Assembly: GCA_043228905.1 (NCBI GenBank)
Contig: JBHGNT010000141.1
Location: 1-64,000, forward strand
DNA: 64,000 nt
Reading direction: 5' to 3'
From: Azolla caroliniana
Lineage: Eukaryota; Plantae; Polypodiophyta
The notes under the pieces were generated by a model. It was not told the origin of the DNA and made no database searches. It saw only the letters and a list, made by a program, of their open reading frames with translations. The translations under genes were made by a program, and so were the position numbers. Shown in pieces: positions 38,679-52,699 of the stretch; position 1 is the first letter of the stretch; each line of letters starts with the position of its first letter.

Positions 38679-41675
38679 TTAAATTTTGTGTAGTTCTGAC
38701 AATTTTTGTCTGAAAGGTTTAGTTTCTCTTTGGCATTGTTTATGCAAATTTGTGGGCCTACCAGATCTGCGATCTTCTGAACAAACATGGGATTTAGTTG
38801 ATGGGTGACAATGACAATGATACATACCACTAGAGTTCCTAGCAAATTTTGTTTGAGTGGCTGTTGAAGGTAACTTTGCGGTAGGGTTAAGGCTACGAGC
38901 AGATACGAGCAATTTTGGGCTAGCTTTCGGGGGTGAATTTGCAACATGAATGCCAGAGATATTCTTAAGTACAGGGATGGGTGGGAATCTCTTGTGATGC
39001 AACCTAGGGCTAATATTAAGGCTATACTTAGGGTTAGTGTTGGGGCTAGCATTAGTTTTATGGATAGGATTAAGGTTATGCTTAGAGCTATTGTTATGGT
39101 TAGGGTTAGAATTAGGTTTATTGTTGAGCTTAGGTTGTGGGTTTGGATCAGAGTTTGAGTTAAGGCTACACTTAAGGTTAGCGTCAGGGTTGGGGTTGGG
39201 ATTGGGGTTGGGGTTAGGATCAAGGTCAGGGTTTGGGTTAAGGTTATGCTCAGGGTAAAGATTTCGCTTATTGTTAGGGGTAGGGCTGTTGTCAGAATCA
39301 TGGTCAGGATCAGAAGACTTTTTGTTAGAAATCTCAACATCTACAATCCTGATCTTAGATGTCTGTGGAGTATACGAATGCGGACGCCCTGAACACCTGC
39401 CTCTGTGTGAGATATTAGGATTTGGGTTGGGTGTGGAATTGGAAGCTATGGATGCCTTCCATTCAGGCTCTAGCCAAGAGCGAATGGTGGGGAGCGTGAC
39501 AATGCGCATTCTAACACGCTGGTTTTTGCATTTGCCCCCTGTCACAAGAAATGCAAAGGCACCCTCAGCATCAAAGCCAGGTGACCCTTCGGCCCACCAA
39601 TCATCACGTGCCTCTACCTCCATGTGGGTACTGCCACTGGTCACCACATGACCAGAACCAATTGTGAGCCTACGTTGGCCGCCTCCTGCAGAGCATTTCT
39701 CACTTCTGATTTCATTTAGATTGTATCCCATGATGTAAACCTTGGCACCCACCTCAACAGTTTCAGGATCAAAGGTGCATGTGTCCAGACCCATGGGTTG
39801 CATCTCTGGTGTCATGTGCTCGCATGCTATCACAGTTAGATTCAGCTCAACATTTGTTGCAAAAAACCTGTGAAACATGAAACAAAACTATCCGAATTAT
39901 CAGTCAGTCATCTCTCATCGCAACTTTCGGTTTAGTGCAAAGGCTTGAACATTGGTATACATTCACCAAATGTGTTCTTAAAGCAGAATTAATGATTCCT
40001 GTGGCATCTGGCTCTAATTTCCTATTATTCCCTGTGTTGCCTTACTAAAACCCTTCTATAGGGGGAGAAGTCTGAATTGACTAAAGGAACCAAAGTAAAG
40101 TTCAGTTCCAACGTAGTATGTTATCACCTATTTGTTATTACTCTGTTACACACAATGCCTACTACATTGAAGGCTTACATTGCCTGCAAGCGAGGTGTTG
40201 AAGGAAGAAAATATGATTCTAGGGTGACTACAAGTTATGTAGACCAATGAGCACCACATCGAATATATTGCATTGCAGAAAGGATAGTTCTAATTGTGGC
40301 TACATTGAGGAACTTGTATTCTACCGATAATGTCAGCTATTAATGACAACAAATGAAGAAAATACAGTTGGTCCTATAGTGACCACTATAGTTAACAAAA
40401 GCGCCACATTGAAGACATTGCATCGTAGAAAGGACAGTTCTAATTGTGACTACCTATCATGCCAGCTACCAGTCATCCAAGGATACAACATCAATTTGAG
40501 AGGACACATGGACATACAAAATTATGCTTATAAGGGAAGACAACACAAAATTTCACATCTGAAGGAACCATGCTGAAGCTCAAAAATGTAGAAGATGTTA
40601 AATGTCATCAAGAATGACATGAACTTCTGAGATATATCAAATACACTCTTTTAAAGTCCATGGGCTGCAATATGAATTTGACAAGACGTCTCTAGGAGTT
40701 ATATGCCCAGGCATAAATGTAAAAGATGTCTATGATGTCCAACATGAGATGTCTTCAGGAGCTATGCCAGCATTCAAATGGCTATGTTATGAATCATTGC
40801 AAGAATGCATTATGGAGTTATGTCAGGGTTTTGAACTTAGGCACCTACCCATATAGCCTATGCACCCTACCCAGGGCCTATGCATCATGTTTACCAATCC
40901 AGTGTACCCAGAAAAAAGAAATGAAAAATGTAATAGTCAAAAAAACATATGGACCTAACCTTTGATTAACAAACACATTGGCTCACTCCAGAGCTTGTGG
41001 AAAATTCTTAATATTTTATTTATCATTATAAAGTTGTGAGTCTTAGCATAGCATATATCAGAACGATGCGAAGGAGATGTTTGTATATAATTTGTTTATA
41101 TGAACATACAAGTGAGGAAGGAATTTGCATCGGAGAAGGAGGTTGATGCCGGGATTCCCTGTGTCTTTGCCGATGTCAATGTCTCCACTTCCACTAGTCC
41201 GAGGACGAAGCTGCATTAACTGAATTTCGGCATTCTCAACTGCTGCGATGGACGGAGCGATGGCATGAGTGGTGAGAAGTAGCCATGGATAAATCAACAC
41301 TCCCACACCTTCCTTAATTCTCACCCTCCTCCTCCTCCTCCTCCTTTTCTTCTCCTTATAACAAAGGCTCTTCTTTGTCTCCTCATGGAAACTTCCTCTG
41401 ACATCTTCTGTATCGTCTTTCCCATCCACCTCTTCGCCATCGTTCGTGGTAGTCGGCGCTTCCTCTTGATCACCACCACCATACCCATCCTTGATGGAGC
41501 AACTTGTGTTGAGACCTGTGATGAAAGCTATAGCAGAGTGTCTTCTGAGAGCTATGGCTAATCTGATATTTGGGGTGTTGTGATTCTGGTTGCGATCATG
41601 ATGAGCATTGGGAAGGTTATCAGCGTCATGGGTTGGTCTGAAACAGCACCAAATGTTGCTTCCTAGCAATCTCAT
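38679..41675 (-). CDS. Plant protein with trypsin-like peptidase fold and (NP)n low-complexity C-terminus, 2 exons, ~584 aa
   Basis: Exons 41675-41110 and 39867-38679 (1755 nt, GT-AG, phase 2). GVGVLIYPWLLLTTHAIAPS, FLPHLFFATNVELNLTV, VYIMGY, LTIGSGHVV and WAEGSPGFDAEGAFAF parallel a conserved plant family recalled as GTGFLIHRNLLLTTH...PHRFFITSS..DLTIV...WSPGSAGFD. Confidence 0.8.
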
Positions 41676-42385
41676 CTCCCCTCATCTAAATCAAATGAAA
41701 CACATACATCTATGTATATATATATATTGTATGTGTGTGTGTGTGGGAGAGAGAGAGAGCTTTCTTGTTTTCTGTTGGCTATGGCGGTGGAAACAGAGCA
41801 TGTATGTAAATCTTTTGAAGGGCAGTTTCTTCTGGTTTAGAAGGATTTTGGTTGGAGGTGCCCCTCCATATTTTTCTCACTATCTCTAGAGATTCACACT
41901 TGGCACTAAGAAAAGAAGAAGAAGAAGAAGAGAAAAGAAGAAGGCCCCCAACTTTGTGTTTATTTCCACGGCATGCCCCCAGGCTTTTCTCTTTATTTCC
42001 TCCTGACATGCCCCCCCCTATCCATCGCCGCCATCACATGTGCAAGTTTCTTCTTCTTTTCCCCTCGGCCATTGGGGCCATATTTCACGAAACTCGCGGA
42101 AATGTACTTCCCCGGAATACTTCGTCTGTATCCTGATGACTTTGAATCCAATTCTTAATGTGAAACGAGGTACATACCCACACACACACACATCATACAA
42201 CAAAACTTCCAGTTTTATTATGATTATCACAACAACAATGACCGATGGCAAGGAGCCATCTACATGTAACTAAAACCGTATGTACACCTGCAAACGTTGC
42301 AGTCAAAATACCCATGTGCATGCATATCCTAGGCAAATTTTATTTTATATATATTTTACAATGAATGTAATAATTCGACGAAGAT

Positions 42386-45300
42386 TTAACTGTCCCATAT
42401 ACTATGCTCATCAAGCACAGGGTACTGGGTGTTTTGCACTTGCACCTCCATAATTGATTGTATCGTCTCCACATCCCAAGGAATATCAACATCTTGAAGC
42501 GCCAAGAGATTCCTTGGGTTTGTCATAACATCATATCCTTGACCTGTGCTATCCTGCTTGTGAAAGACATGTTCTAGTGATTCCTTGGATTCCCCATGAG
42601 AATGAGGGCTTGATTGTAGTTGATGCGTTGATTTCCATTCATGTTCATTCTCTATCATCGTGGTACATGACGAGTTTTCTTTAGGTATCACCATTTGGTA
42701 TTTCTTTAGGAGATTGCCACTCGGTGTAGGTATGTTGTAGTTGATTGATGAGGGTAAGTTTGACTCAACATTTTTTGTAAAATTGTTATCTAAGTTAGGG
42801 ATGTAATGCTCTTCATAATTGCACCCATAAATTGTATTTTGACTTTGCATACTAATGGGACCTTGGAAACTTCTTTGGACCGTTTGATCAAGTTTATGGT
42901 ATTGTTCCTCAAGTTCTAAAATATAACTTGAAGTATTGTCATTGATGCAACTTGATTTTGTGTTTGAATGGGATGACAACTCATCAAGTTTGAACTTTTT
43001 CTTAATATGAGATCGCCAATAGTTTTTTATTTCATTGTCTGACCTTCCAGGCAAATGAATTGCTATAAGAGACCACCTAAACAAAAGCAACAACATTAGG
43101 AATCAGAACTTGCTTGGTAAAAAAATGTATTTTCAATTACAGGCTCGTTATGCTTGACATATGCTTATCCTTTGATGGCTTGTAATACAAGCATTTCATA
43201 TTATTGGTGTCCATAATTTCTAAGCCATTTATAAAGGGACAATGTCTGATACATGATTTTAGTATTGGGTATTATTATAATATTACGTTCACGCATAACT
43301 TCCATACCTAGGTTAACACCATTTATGATATTGGGCCAAGTGCCAATGAAACAACTTTAGTTGGCAACCACAAATAACCATTCTTGTTGAATGCCATGGT
43401 GCTAATATTCAAAGCAGCAAAAGAGTCATTCAACATTTGAGAATTATGTAGAATTACCAACAATTTTCTCACAAGGCTAATTGTACAAAATGTACTTAAT
43501 AGAACAACACTTCAAGCATTACTACTTGCAAAGACTAATTGTAACCAACTTAACATAATTTGACATCCTTCAAAGGATAATTAGAAATATTAACAATTGT
43601 TTATGCTCATCACTATGATACATAGTTGTTGCATTCTAAAAAGAATGAAAGATGACTACAAAATTTAATTCATGCTCCCAAACACCTAAAAAACCATATA
43701 TGTTAAGCATTTCATGTGCAATGGCAATGATAGTGAACCATTTTAACCCATGTTCCCAAACACACATAACCACATACGCTAAACTTTTACGTGAGTTATG
43801 TCCATGATAGTGAATGATTATGATTGTGCATGTTAATATTTGATAAGCGGAATAACCAAAACATAGTCATGTCAGGGACTAGTAGTCACCTCTACATATT
43901 TTTCCAAAATGAAGCTAGTCACCTCTACATATTAGTCTTTGTGCGTGATAACATACTTTTATGTTGAGTTTAAGTTATCAAAAGGAACACACCATTACTT
44001 TAAGAACATACTCTACATAAGTTATAGGAATCAAATTTAGATAAGTTAATTTTGCACAAATCCGTGCAATAATCCAACAATATGTGACATCTAAACACCT
44101 TGACTTCACCCTTAAACCAAATTTCAAAATGTTCAAAGATGTCCTATGTGTGTGGGAAAAGGGGGATTTGGGGGGGAAGGGTTCAACATGAACATCAATG
44201 AGAAAGGCTCTAATATGTCCCCAACATATCCTACATAGGTATATGGAATGTGCCATTGCGTGCCCGCCTCAAAAAACTAGCTTTTATTCCAAAACTAGGT
44301 TTATGCAACTCCATGGGAATCCAAGAACGAGAAAGCCATGAAACTAGAATGAATCACACACATGGGTGGATTTATATACTTGTGTATATGTATATTAGAG
44401 AGTTTTGTGTTATGTCACCTCCCAACCATCCAATTGATAGCCAATGGTTTAGGCATTGTTAGCTTTTATCAATTACATTCATGTGCATTCCCACCCTAGC
44501 TAGATTGGCGTGTGCTTGCCCCCTAGGCCATGTACACATACACTCTTGCCCCCTAGGAATAAATATCTCCCCCCTTCTAGGTTGGAACACGTGCACAATG
44601 GACAATCCAATTCATTATTTCGCTAATACTTAATTTTGGGACAATCTAGTTTATCAATAAGTTACTATTTAACTAACTGATTTGAGTTGACCATTAATCG
44701 AACGAATTATTCACTAGCTAAATGGATGAAGCATAATTAAGACTAAAAAATATGAGGTTGTTGCCATTTGGAAAAATAACGGGAGGTATTTTCAAATTTT
44801 AGAAAAAGGTGAAGGGCACCCGTTGCAGATATCCAAAAAGATTGAGGTCACAAGTATAATTTAGTAAAACGTTGTAGTCATAAATATAACAAAAAGGTAT
44901 TTTATTTAGATAATTGGAATGTTTAAAATAGAAAAGCGCATTTATGACATGCTATCATGAAGTGTATATTTAAAACATGACTTTCCTTTATCATCGATTT
45001 TAGACACGTAAAATATCATGAATTGTACATTACGGAGCAAACATTTAACAAAAATATCATATAACAATACTTCATTGATGTTGAATGCATACTACTAGGT
45101 CTGGTCGAGTCTTTACCTGTTACCAAACACAGAATGGAGGCTAATGATAAGATGCTCTTCTTCATTTGAAATCCGTCCTCTCTTAATGTCGGGACGTAGA
45201 TAATTCACCCATCTTAGACGACAACTCTTTCCACATCGTTGTAGGCCTATAACCATCATCATCAATGATTCTCACATTTTCTATATACATGAAACTTTAA

Positions 45301-48300
45301 GTTCTCGTCATATACCATTACTTTAATGTAGTTTCATATACCAAGGCAATAAGGGGATGTGATGTATGTTTGTAGAAGAAACATATGAAGAATGACCTTG
45401 ACATAAAGTAAACTAAGGCCACACAACATACACTCAATGAAGTCCAATCAAGAGATCTAGTCGTAGGTGCTACTAATGTGATTCAAAGTTTAACCACCCT
45501 ATATGTTGTGCATTCAAGGATTCTATGATGTACATTAAAGGGTTATATGAGGTGCATGAGAAGGATGTTCAAATACCCATATAAATATTTATAATTCTTT
45601 CATTTTTTGTATTTTGTTCAATTGACAAGTACTCCATTTAATAACACCATTATATATGTGAAACTATGTACAATACGACGTTTAAAAAACCCTTCTTCTG
45701 GATCATTGTGCTATATAATTAACATATAATTTTAGTTGAAATCATGACGAACAATATACACATTTTTTAATTCACTAGATGCCACTGTGGAATGTAGGGG
45801 TTGAAATCCTAATGATCAATGTAGAGGTGAAAAAATTGGGTTTCGAATCCAAGATGTAGTGTTAGTAGTGTAACAACTTACCACTAGGCTAAGCTAATTG
45901 CGATAAAAGAAAAAAGGAGAAGGAGAGAGAGAGATTCTCAGTTTAATTATTTGTTTCGAGGTCAAAGAGGTGGGAGATATTGTCGAGGCTTCATCTCAAA
46001 GAATTTTGGAGTTTGTTGAAGATTGTCAATTATTACGCATGCCACCCAAATGTGGGGTTTATATGGCAACAACTATAAAATGTTGCATTGATGCAAAGTT
46101 CTTAAATTACCTTTAGAAACAGAAAAACAACTGCGGATTAATTGGTGTTTACGGGGTTAGATGTCGTTTTTACTAATATTTTGTATCATTGCTCTGTTGA
46201 GTCTACGATTACTCATGGATGGTGCTTATCATCTAAGGCTGAAGAATAATGGAAAACACATAAATCTGATCATAGATAGTAGCATACCTTAAAACGTAGT
46301 TGGCATTCTAAATTGCCATCTTATAGCAAAAGTCATCATGTGGAGAGTTTTGATTGGGGGTTTGCCTTTGGGATTAGCTCTAAAGTGACGTGGACTAGCA
46401 ACATGCAATTACTTCTTTTACACTATTCAAATGGAAGATAGTATTCATTGTTTCATACAATGTTCGATTATTTGTCAAATTTGGGGTTACAACTTACATT
46501 TCTCAAATTTGAAAAGTTTTATCACGGTGTTATTTCACAACAAGACAATGGGTATTTGCACAATTCACATAGGTTGGTTCAAAATTATAGATGGATATCG
46601 TTTTCCTATTCGGTATTGGTTATTGCGTCATAATTGGGATATGCTCAATGCTCTTGTATTTTATGGTAGGCATGGAGTCAAACCATATCTACAAATGTTG
46701 AAGGGAGTACAAATGTGACAATTTTCTTTATTGGAACAAGTAGAATTTTTTTCATTAGTGGACTGTTCATCTTGCATATTGGCAATTCAACATGTTCCGT
46801 TACCCATGTAGTTAGTGGGTGATCATAATCCAATATGACATCCATTGTAAGTACTAGTGTTTTTCACACACATCTATTAATATAATTGTGTGTTTTCATT
46901 AGAGAGAGAGTGAGTGAGCGAGCGAGAGTGTGTGTTTCGCTTGACCCAAGATTTGAGATGGAGATTGCTTTTCGTGTAAGAATTTGGAGATTGTGTCATA
47001 ATTGAGATAAGTGTAATCCTCTTGTATTTGATGTTAGGAACGGAGTTAGACCATATCTACAAAAGTTGAAGGGAGTATGACAATTGTGTGTATTATAACA
47101 AGTTGAAACTATTTCGTGAATGGAGTGTCTATCTTGCCTATTGACGATTCAACATGTCCCACTACCCATGTAATGGTGACATTAACAAGTTGTGACACTA
47201 TTATAATGTTTGCCATACATATTATAGTTTGTTTACATAGAGAGAATGAGAGAGTGAGAGCACTAGTTGCTAGGCAACAATGGAACCCTTCCCAAAACAA
47301 CCTAGTAAGGTATGTAATACAAATTCTAAGGTATTGGTCCTAGTGTAAATCAATTGGTTCCTGTGACACATGCAACACATTATCACTTAGGGGTTGGATG
47401 CGTGTACATAGGGGGTCAAGTTATCAACTAATTTGAAGTATTGAGGCTAGGTTTAACATTAGAACGAAAGAAAGAAACATGTTAAAAAATACCCAGCAAG
47501 AGAAGGTAATAAAAAGAAATGACTTATATAAGCTCTAATACCAAACATCTTTGCTAGTGATCTCATACCAAGCCACTTGTAGTCTCCCCTTTGGTATAGA
47601 AATATCGTGACATGTGCACCTAAAACATGGATTTATTGTATGATTCATGGTTGTAGATGATTCAAGAATTGTATTGATTCACAATTGCAACCATGAATCA
47701 TACAATAAATATGTACACATCAACAAAAACTTGTATGATGTCGGCTAACTATCGTCATAAGTTTTGATAGTAAAAAATGTCAAAGTTGCTAGTGTGCTTG
47801 AGCATTAGATTCATATACTTCACATAAGAATGTTATTTGTTATGAAAATTTGGTGTAAAAAAACTCTAAATCAAGTGTGCTTTATGGGCATTTTTATGAT
47901 AATGAAGGTGGACATTTACATTGTATATTCAAGATAACGAGCTTAAGTGGGACAAGGCGAGTTGTTGCCTAACTAGGTGAGTTGATGGAGGGCATGAGCA
48001 CATTGCAATCTTGAAGGTATAAATGCTATTGATGTTAATGATAAAAGTTCCAAACTCCAAACGAGGTATGTTGCATGCTACACACTTGTTTTATAAATAT
48101 AACAATGAGATTTACATAAATCTCTTTGAAAGACCCCTAATGTGCACATGTGAGAGTTCACACACACAACACAACACATAAGTAGGTATGCAACAACCAT
48201 GTCCTCCCCCCAACAAAGTGTGTGTGTGTGCACACACACACTCACACACAATACATAGGAAGGTATGCAACATGTTTGTAACATATATAAGTTGCCCATA

Positions 48301-49058
48301 CGTGTAATGTTTAACATGATGAACATTCATGAATGACGTACTTAGCTAGGTTGTAAGGGTGATAGTTAATAAACTTAAATACCTCAAGTTATAAAAGATC
48401 GTGAAGTTATCCAAATAAGGTTGCAATTACGCTAAGTAGTAAGGATGTGTAATATATGTATTGATACACATATGGGTCATGATATATTCCACCTATTTAG
48501 TTGCAATTAACCTTAGAATGTGGAGGATAAGATTAGTATGCTTTTGGGTCATGATATTATCCGCATAAGTTGGTGATAAAGCTAAGGATGGTGTGTTATA
48601 ATATATATGCTTTTGGGGATAAAAATGCTCATGATCCATGTTGCAAAGCTCATGTAAGGATATCAAAGACCAAACACATACAATAAAAAATGAGAATTGA
48701 AAAGATGGAAGGAAATGAGATTCTTAATTCTATCCGTAATCCAAAGGAACCCTAATTTTTGAAAGAATTTTGTGAAGAAAATGGAGTAAGTTACTCCAAA
48801 TGATTACCAACCCTAGATTGAAGGATTTGTGTATGTGTGAAGAATGAATTTCCTAGGCATGGATCAAGAATGCTTTATTATGTTTATAGTTCATATTAAG
48901 TGAGCACCTGCAGCTTGGGCAAGTTTGTTCCATCTCCCTTGCCCATATTTGGTAACAAATTGGATGAGCCTGTGGTCTTCTTCGACACTCCAATGACCTC
49001 GTCTATAGCTCTTACTACTAACATTGGTACCAGTTGTCGAAGTGCTCACTTGTCTCAT
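42386..49058 (-). CDS. R2R3-MYB transcription factor, 3 exons, ~323 aa
   Basis: Exons 49058-48908, 45246-45117 (the typical 130-bp exon) and 43076-42386 (972 nt). RGHWSVEED...[54 protein letters not shown]. Confidence 0.95.
46200..46750 (+). mobile_element. Degenerate LINE 3' (zf-RVT) remnant in MYB intron 1
   Basis: [19 protein letters not shown]...[17 protein letters not shown] resembles the L1 zinc-knuckle region. Confidence 0.55.
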
Positions 49059-52000
49059 GTCTATATATAGTGTATATTGTACCAACAAACCTTCATGAAG
49101 TGTTGTAATGTTTGTAAAAAGAAAAGAATATGTTTCAAGGTAATTTCATGTCCTTGCACACCTTTATAATAAACATGGGAGCCAATGGAACCCCCCCAAA
49201 AAATATGAGTCAATGTCTCTCTTGTTCTTATCCATGCATTAATTGAGGTCGTTGGCAGTATCTTTCAATTGATCGTATCCTTAGAACCCTTTTTTAGTTC
49301 AACCTTCTATTCATGTCCAAATTCCCTATCTTAATTTGTGTGTTTTTTTTAATTGAGATTTGTAATGCTCAATTTTTTCACTTTCATTGTTCCAAATGCC
49401 ATATCTCTAAACGTCAAGCATAATAATAACACTCAAATTGACATTAAGTGAGTTCCTACACGGTGACTCTACCACTTGGCAATCCATCACATGTACAAAT
49501 GACGCAATTGAATGTTCTTTTGAAGCCCCGACCATGCAATTGATGACAGATAAACATAGATATCCACAAGACATTGCGTGCATTACACAATGACATTTCA
49601 GGGCATTACCTGTTATTTGTGAGTGTATTGACTAATTGTGAAGCAACATAAAAGATTCGACATAGAAGAGGAATTAGTTTTAACAAAAGAGTGCGTCTAT
49701 TTTCACAAACACGTGGATGGTAGTATGTTCAATAAAAATATGAGGTTTAATTAAATCACAATTATATTGTTTTCCTCTTGAACGATAAGGTTTACAATAA
49801 CTTTTCAAACTAGACATCTTGAAACTAGAGATGTTGTTAACGATGTCAATGCTCAATGCTCATCATGCATCCAATAGCATGTTGAACTTGAACCTCCATG
49901 TCTTTATGAGGACTAATAAGATACTAACGAATGAATACTGAAACTAATAATAGCCCATTACCATACATTATATAAGAGACTTGAACCCCGCCAACTAAAG
50001 GTTCATGTGCCTTCGACCTTAGGATTGTTTGTTCAAGTCCTATAATTGTTGCATTTGCCTACATCTTGACTTCACTTTCATTTTGTCAATGGTATTAGAC
50101 CCACTTGCGTTCTATCTAGGTCATTGTGAAAATTCTATGTGATATATTTCATGCATTTTATGAAAATCTATATGCCACTTAGTTCCCTTATCCTTGCATA
50201 TGAGATATGCAATATATTGTAACAACGTTACTATGGTTAAATGCTAGCTAGTGCATAAGCACAACAAGTACACAATGTCATTTTAATGTATCCTTTTCTT
50301 TTAATGTATCCTTTTAATGTATCTTTTACAACGAGTACACAAGCACAACATGAAATGATATCATTTTTTCTGAAATAGACTCATAATATTAACGTCTGAT
50401 TACAAAACATGATGTGTAGTTTGCAATGTAAGGTTGTAGATTGAAATCACGTACATGAACATGTTGATTGTAAAATAAGATATTTACAACATTGAAATTT
50501 TGACATGATTTCCAAAATCAAAACAAGTAGTGAGAATAATATAACATTGGGCTATATAAATGCCTCATTGGTCTCTAATGCCCAATATACTTGCATAACC
50601 AACAATCCAACGCTTGCAAATACTTGCACACATATACATGTGTATATATGTTGTGTGGATGGGCATGACATATCAAAGCATTAAGTGTCTACAAGTGCGA
50701 AATAGTGATAAAAAACCAATGTTCTCAACACTATCCATATTGTTATTATTTCAATTATATATGTTATATTCTCTTGCAAAAGTGAGATTTTAATAGCTAG
50801 AAATTTGACATGTTGATTTTAATTAGTTGATTACCTTAACTACCTAGAATTGGTTGAACAACTAGACATCAAGGCATGGTTTTTAACTTTACCTAGTCTC
50901 ATTTGGATATAGCCTTATCAACCATTGTATTGGAGTGTGAAATGAAGTATGATTTCATTATGTTTATAGGCTCTATAGGTACCTACTTACATTAAGTAGT
51001 TAGTTTGAAAGGATATGTACGTAGTATCATATTCTTGAACTCGGTCGGAGGGTGATTCCCCGATTTATGTATAAGCCACCTTGTATGGTCTTTCTGTAAT
51101 AATCTCTCTTAACTAATAGGAAAGTAGCTTCTTTTTTGGAAAAAAATTATGATTTTTTTATATGTGAATGTCTCGCATACATACACAAATTGAAAGAAAG
51201 TTTACGCACTTCTATGTTGGATGTTTATGCACGGACATGCACCATAATATGATATTATCATCATGATTTGGAACTCTTGGATGGTCAATTTTGAAAAATA
51301 GGAAATGAAAGGATACTCTCCTTATAGTAGTCTCTAGCTTAATTACGATAAATATCTTTCTTAGTTCGTCATTGTTTGAGAAGAAGGGCTTGTAGACAAG
51401 GATTAGTAAATAAGTAGATCAAACTTTATGTCTACACTTATATTATTTAATGTAATCAAAATAAATAGAAGTGAGTTTAGTAACGTATCCATGTATAGCG
51501 ATGGATTGAATGTCACAACTCTATTCACAATTAGAAAAGTATTTCAAAAGTCATAATGCAAAATATTGAAAACACGTAACAACTCTTTGTGTGAAGTGTT
51601 TCGACATTATCTCTTATTTTCATCTGTGATCAAACATTGAAAGTGATAAATACTTGAAAGTTTCAACCTCTCTTGGAAATCTAGAACCTTCCTATCTTGA
51701 TTTAAGATCGTATACGTTAGTAAGACTTGATTACTCTTTAAAAAATGGATCCCTTACCAATATGTACACTAATGAATGATTAGTTATGATTGCATATGTT
51801 GACTTGAGTTTTCTAGTCACATAAGACAATTTGGAGGCTATAATGCCATATTTTATGCTAGTGAGAATGCAAAGGATTGTGTACCGATGATTGTAAGGCA
51901 GGAGCTTAATCCATTATTACTAATGTACAATGATAGTTGTTTGGGTCGATGGATGGTTCTTCAAAGCACAACAAATGGTATTTTCTTTAGAATCTTAAGG

Positions 52001-52699
52001 GGGGATGTATGCCCTTAATGCTTCATGTGGTAGAGCTTTCTTATGACTACACATGTCATCCTTGTGATTCTAATGATTTTCCTAGTTTTAATGAAAATAT
52101 TCTCAAGCATATAATAACTATTCGGTCAATCCACTTGAAGCCTAGACTCAAACCATACATTGCATCTAATTTTGAATGAGACATTAATACCAACATAGTA
52201 TGCTTTGCACCACTTGTATTGGTTCTCCCTTGTATGTAAGACATGTGAGTGCACACACATTTGTGTTGGGGGAAGAAAGAGTGAGGAGGAGGCAGAGGAG
52301 AGGTTGCTTGCAATGTTTGTTTGGACTTCAAAGGCCAATAAAGGCTTTCAAGTCCAAATAAACACAAGATGCTTGTCCAACTTTGCAGAGAAGGAGAACA
52401 ATCACAATAGGGTTCAAAAGATTCAAACTCCCCGACCTTGTAACGAGAAGCTAAGAAAATGACCACATACTTTGTACCTATACAAATTTTATTAATAATA
52501 TGTGCCATTGTATGTGAAGTCAAGTTCTCATGTCATCAGATGAGTCAAACATGACATCCAAACTAATTGATTAGTTAGTAAAATTCCTCACATCTCATTG
52601 AGTTACCAACATGCATGCCCTTATTGTTAGCACAAAGGTGTCATCAAACTAACTTCCAACCTTTGATCAATTTGGTGCTTAATAAGGGATAACCTTGGA

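Noticed and set aside
38615-39651. Alternative-frame and antisense ORFs (LTLTLT, LGLGLG)
   Set aside because: Artefacts of the hexamer periodicity within the real exon.
45838-45895. tRNA gene candidate (box A/box B on the minus strand)
   Set aside because: No cloverleaf stems; at most a SINE-like relic.
47532-47543. GCTCTAATACCA, similar to a tRNA-Met PBS on the minus strand
   Set aside because: One mismatch and no identifiable adjacent LTR or gag.
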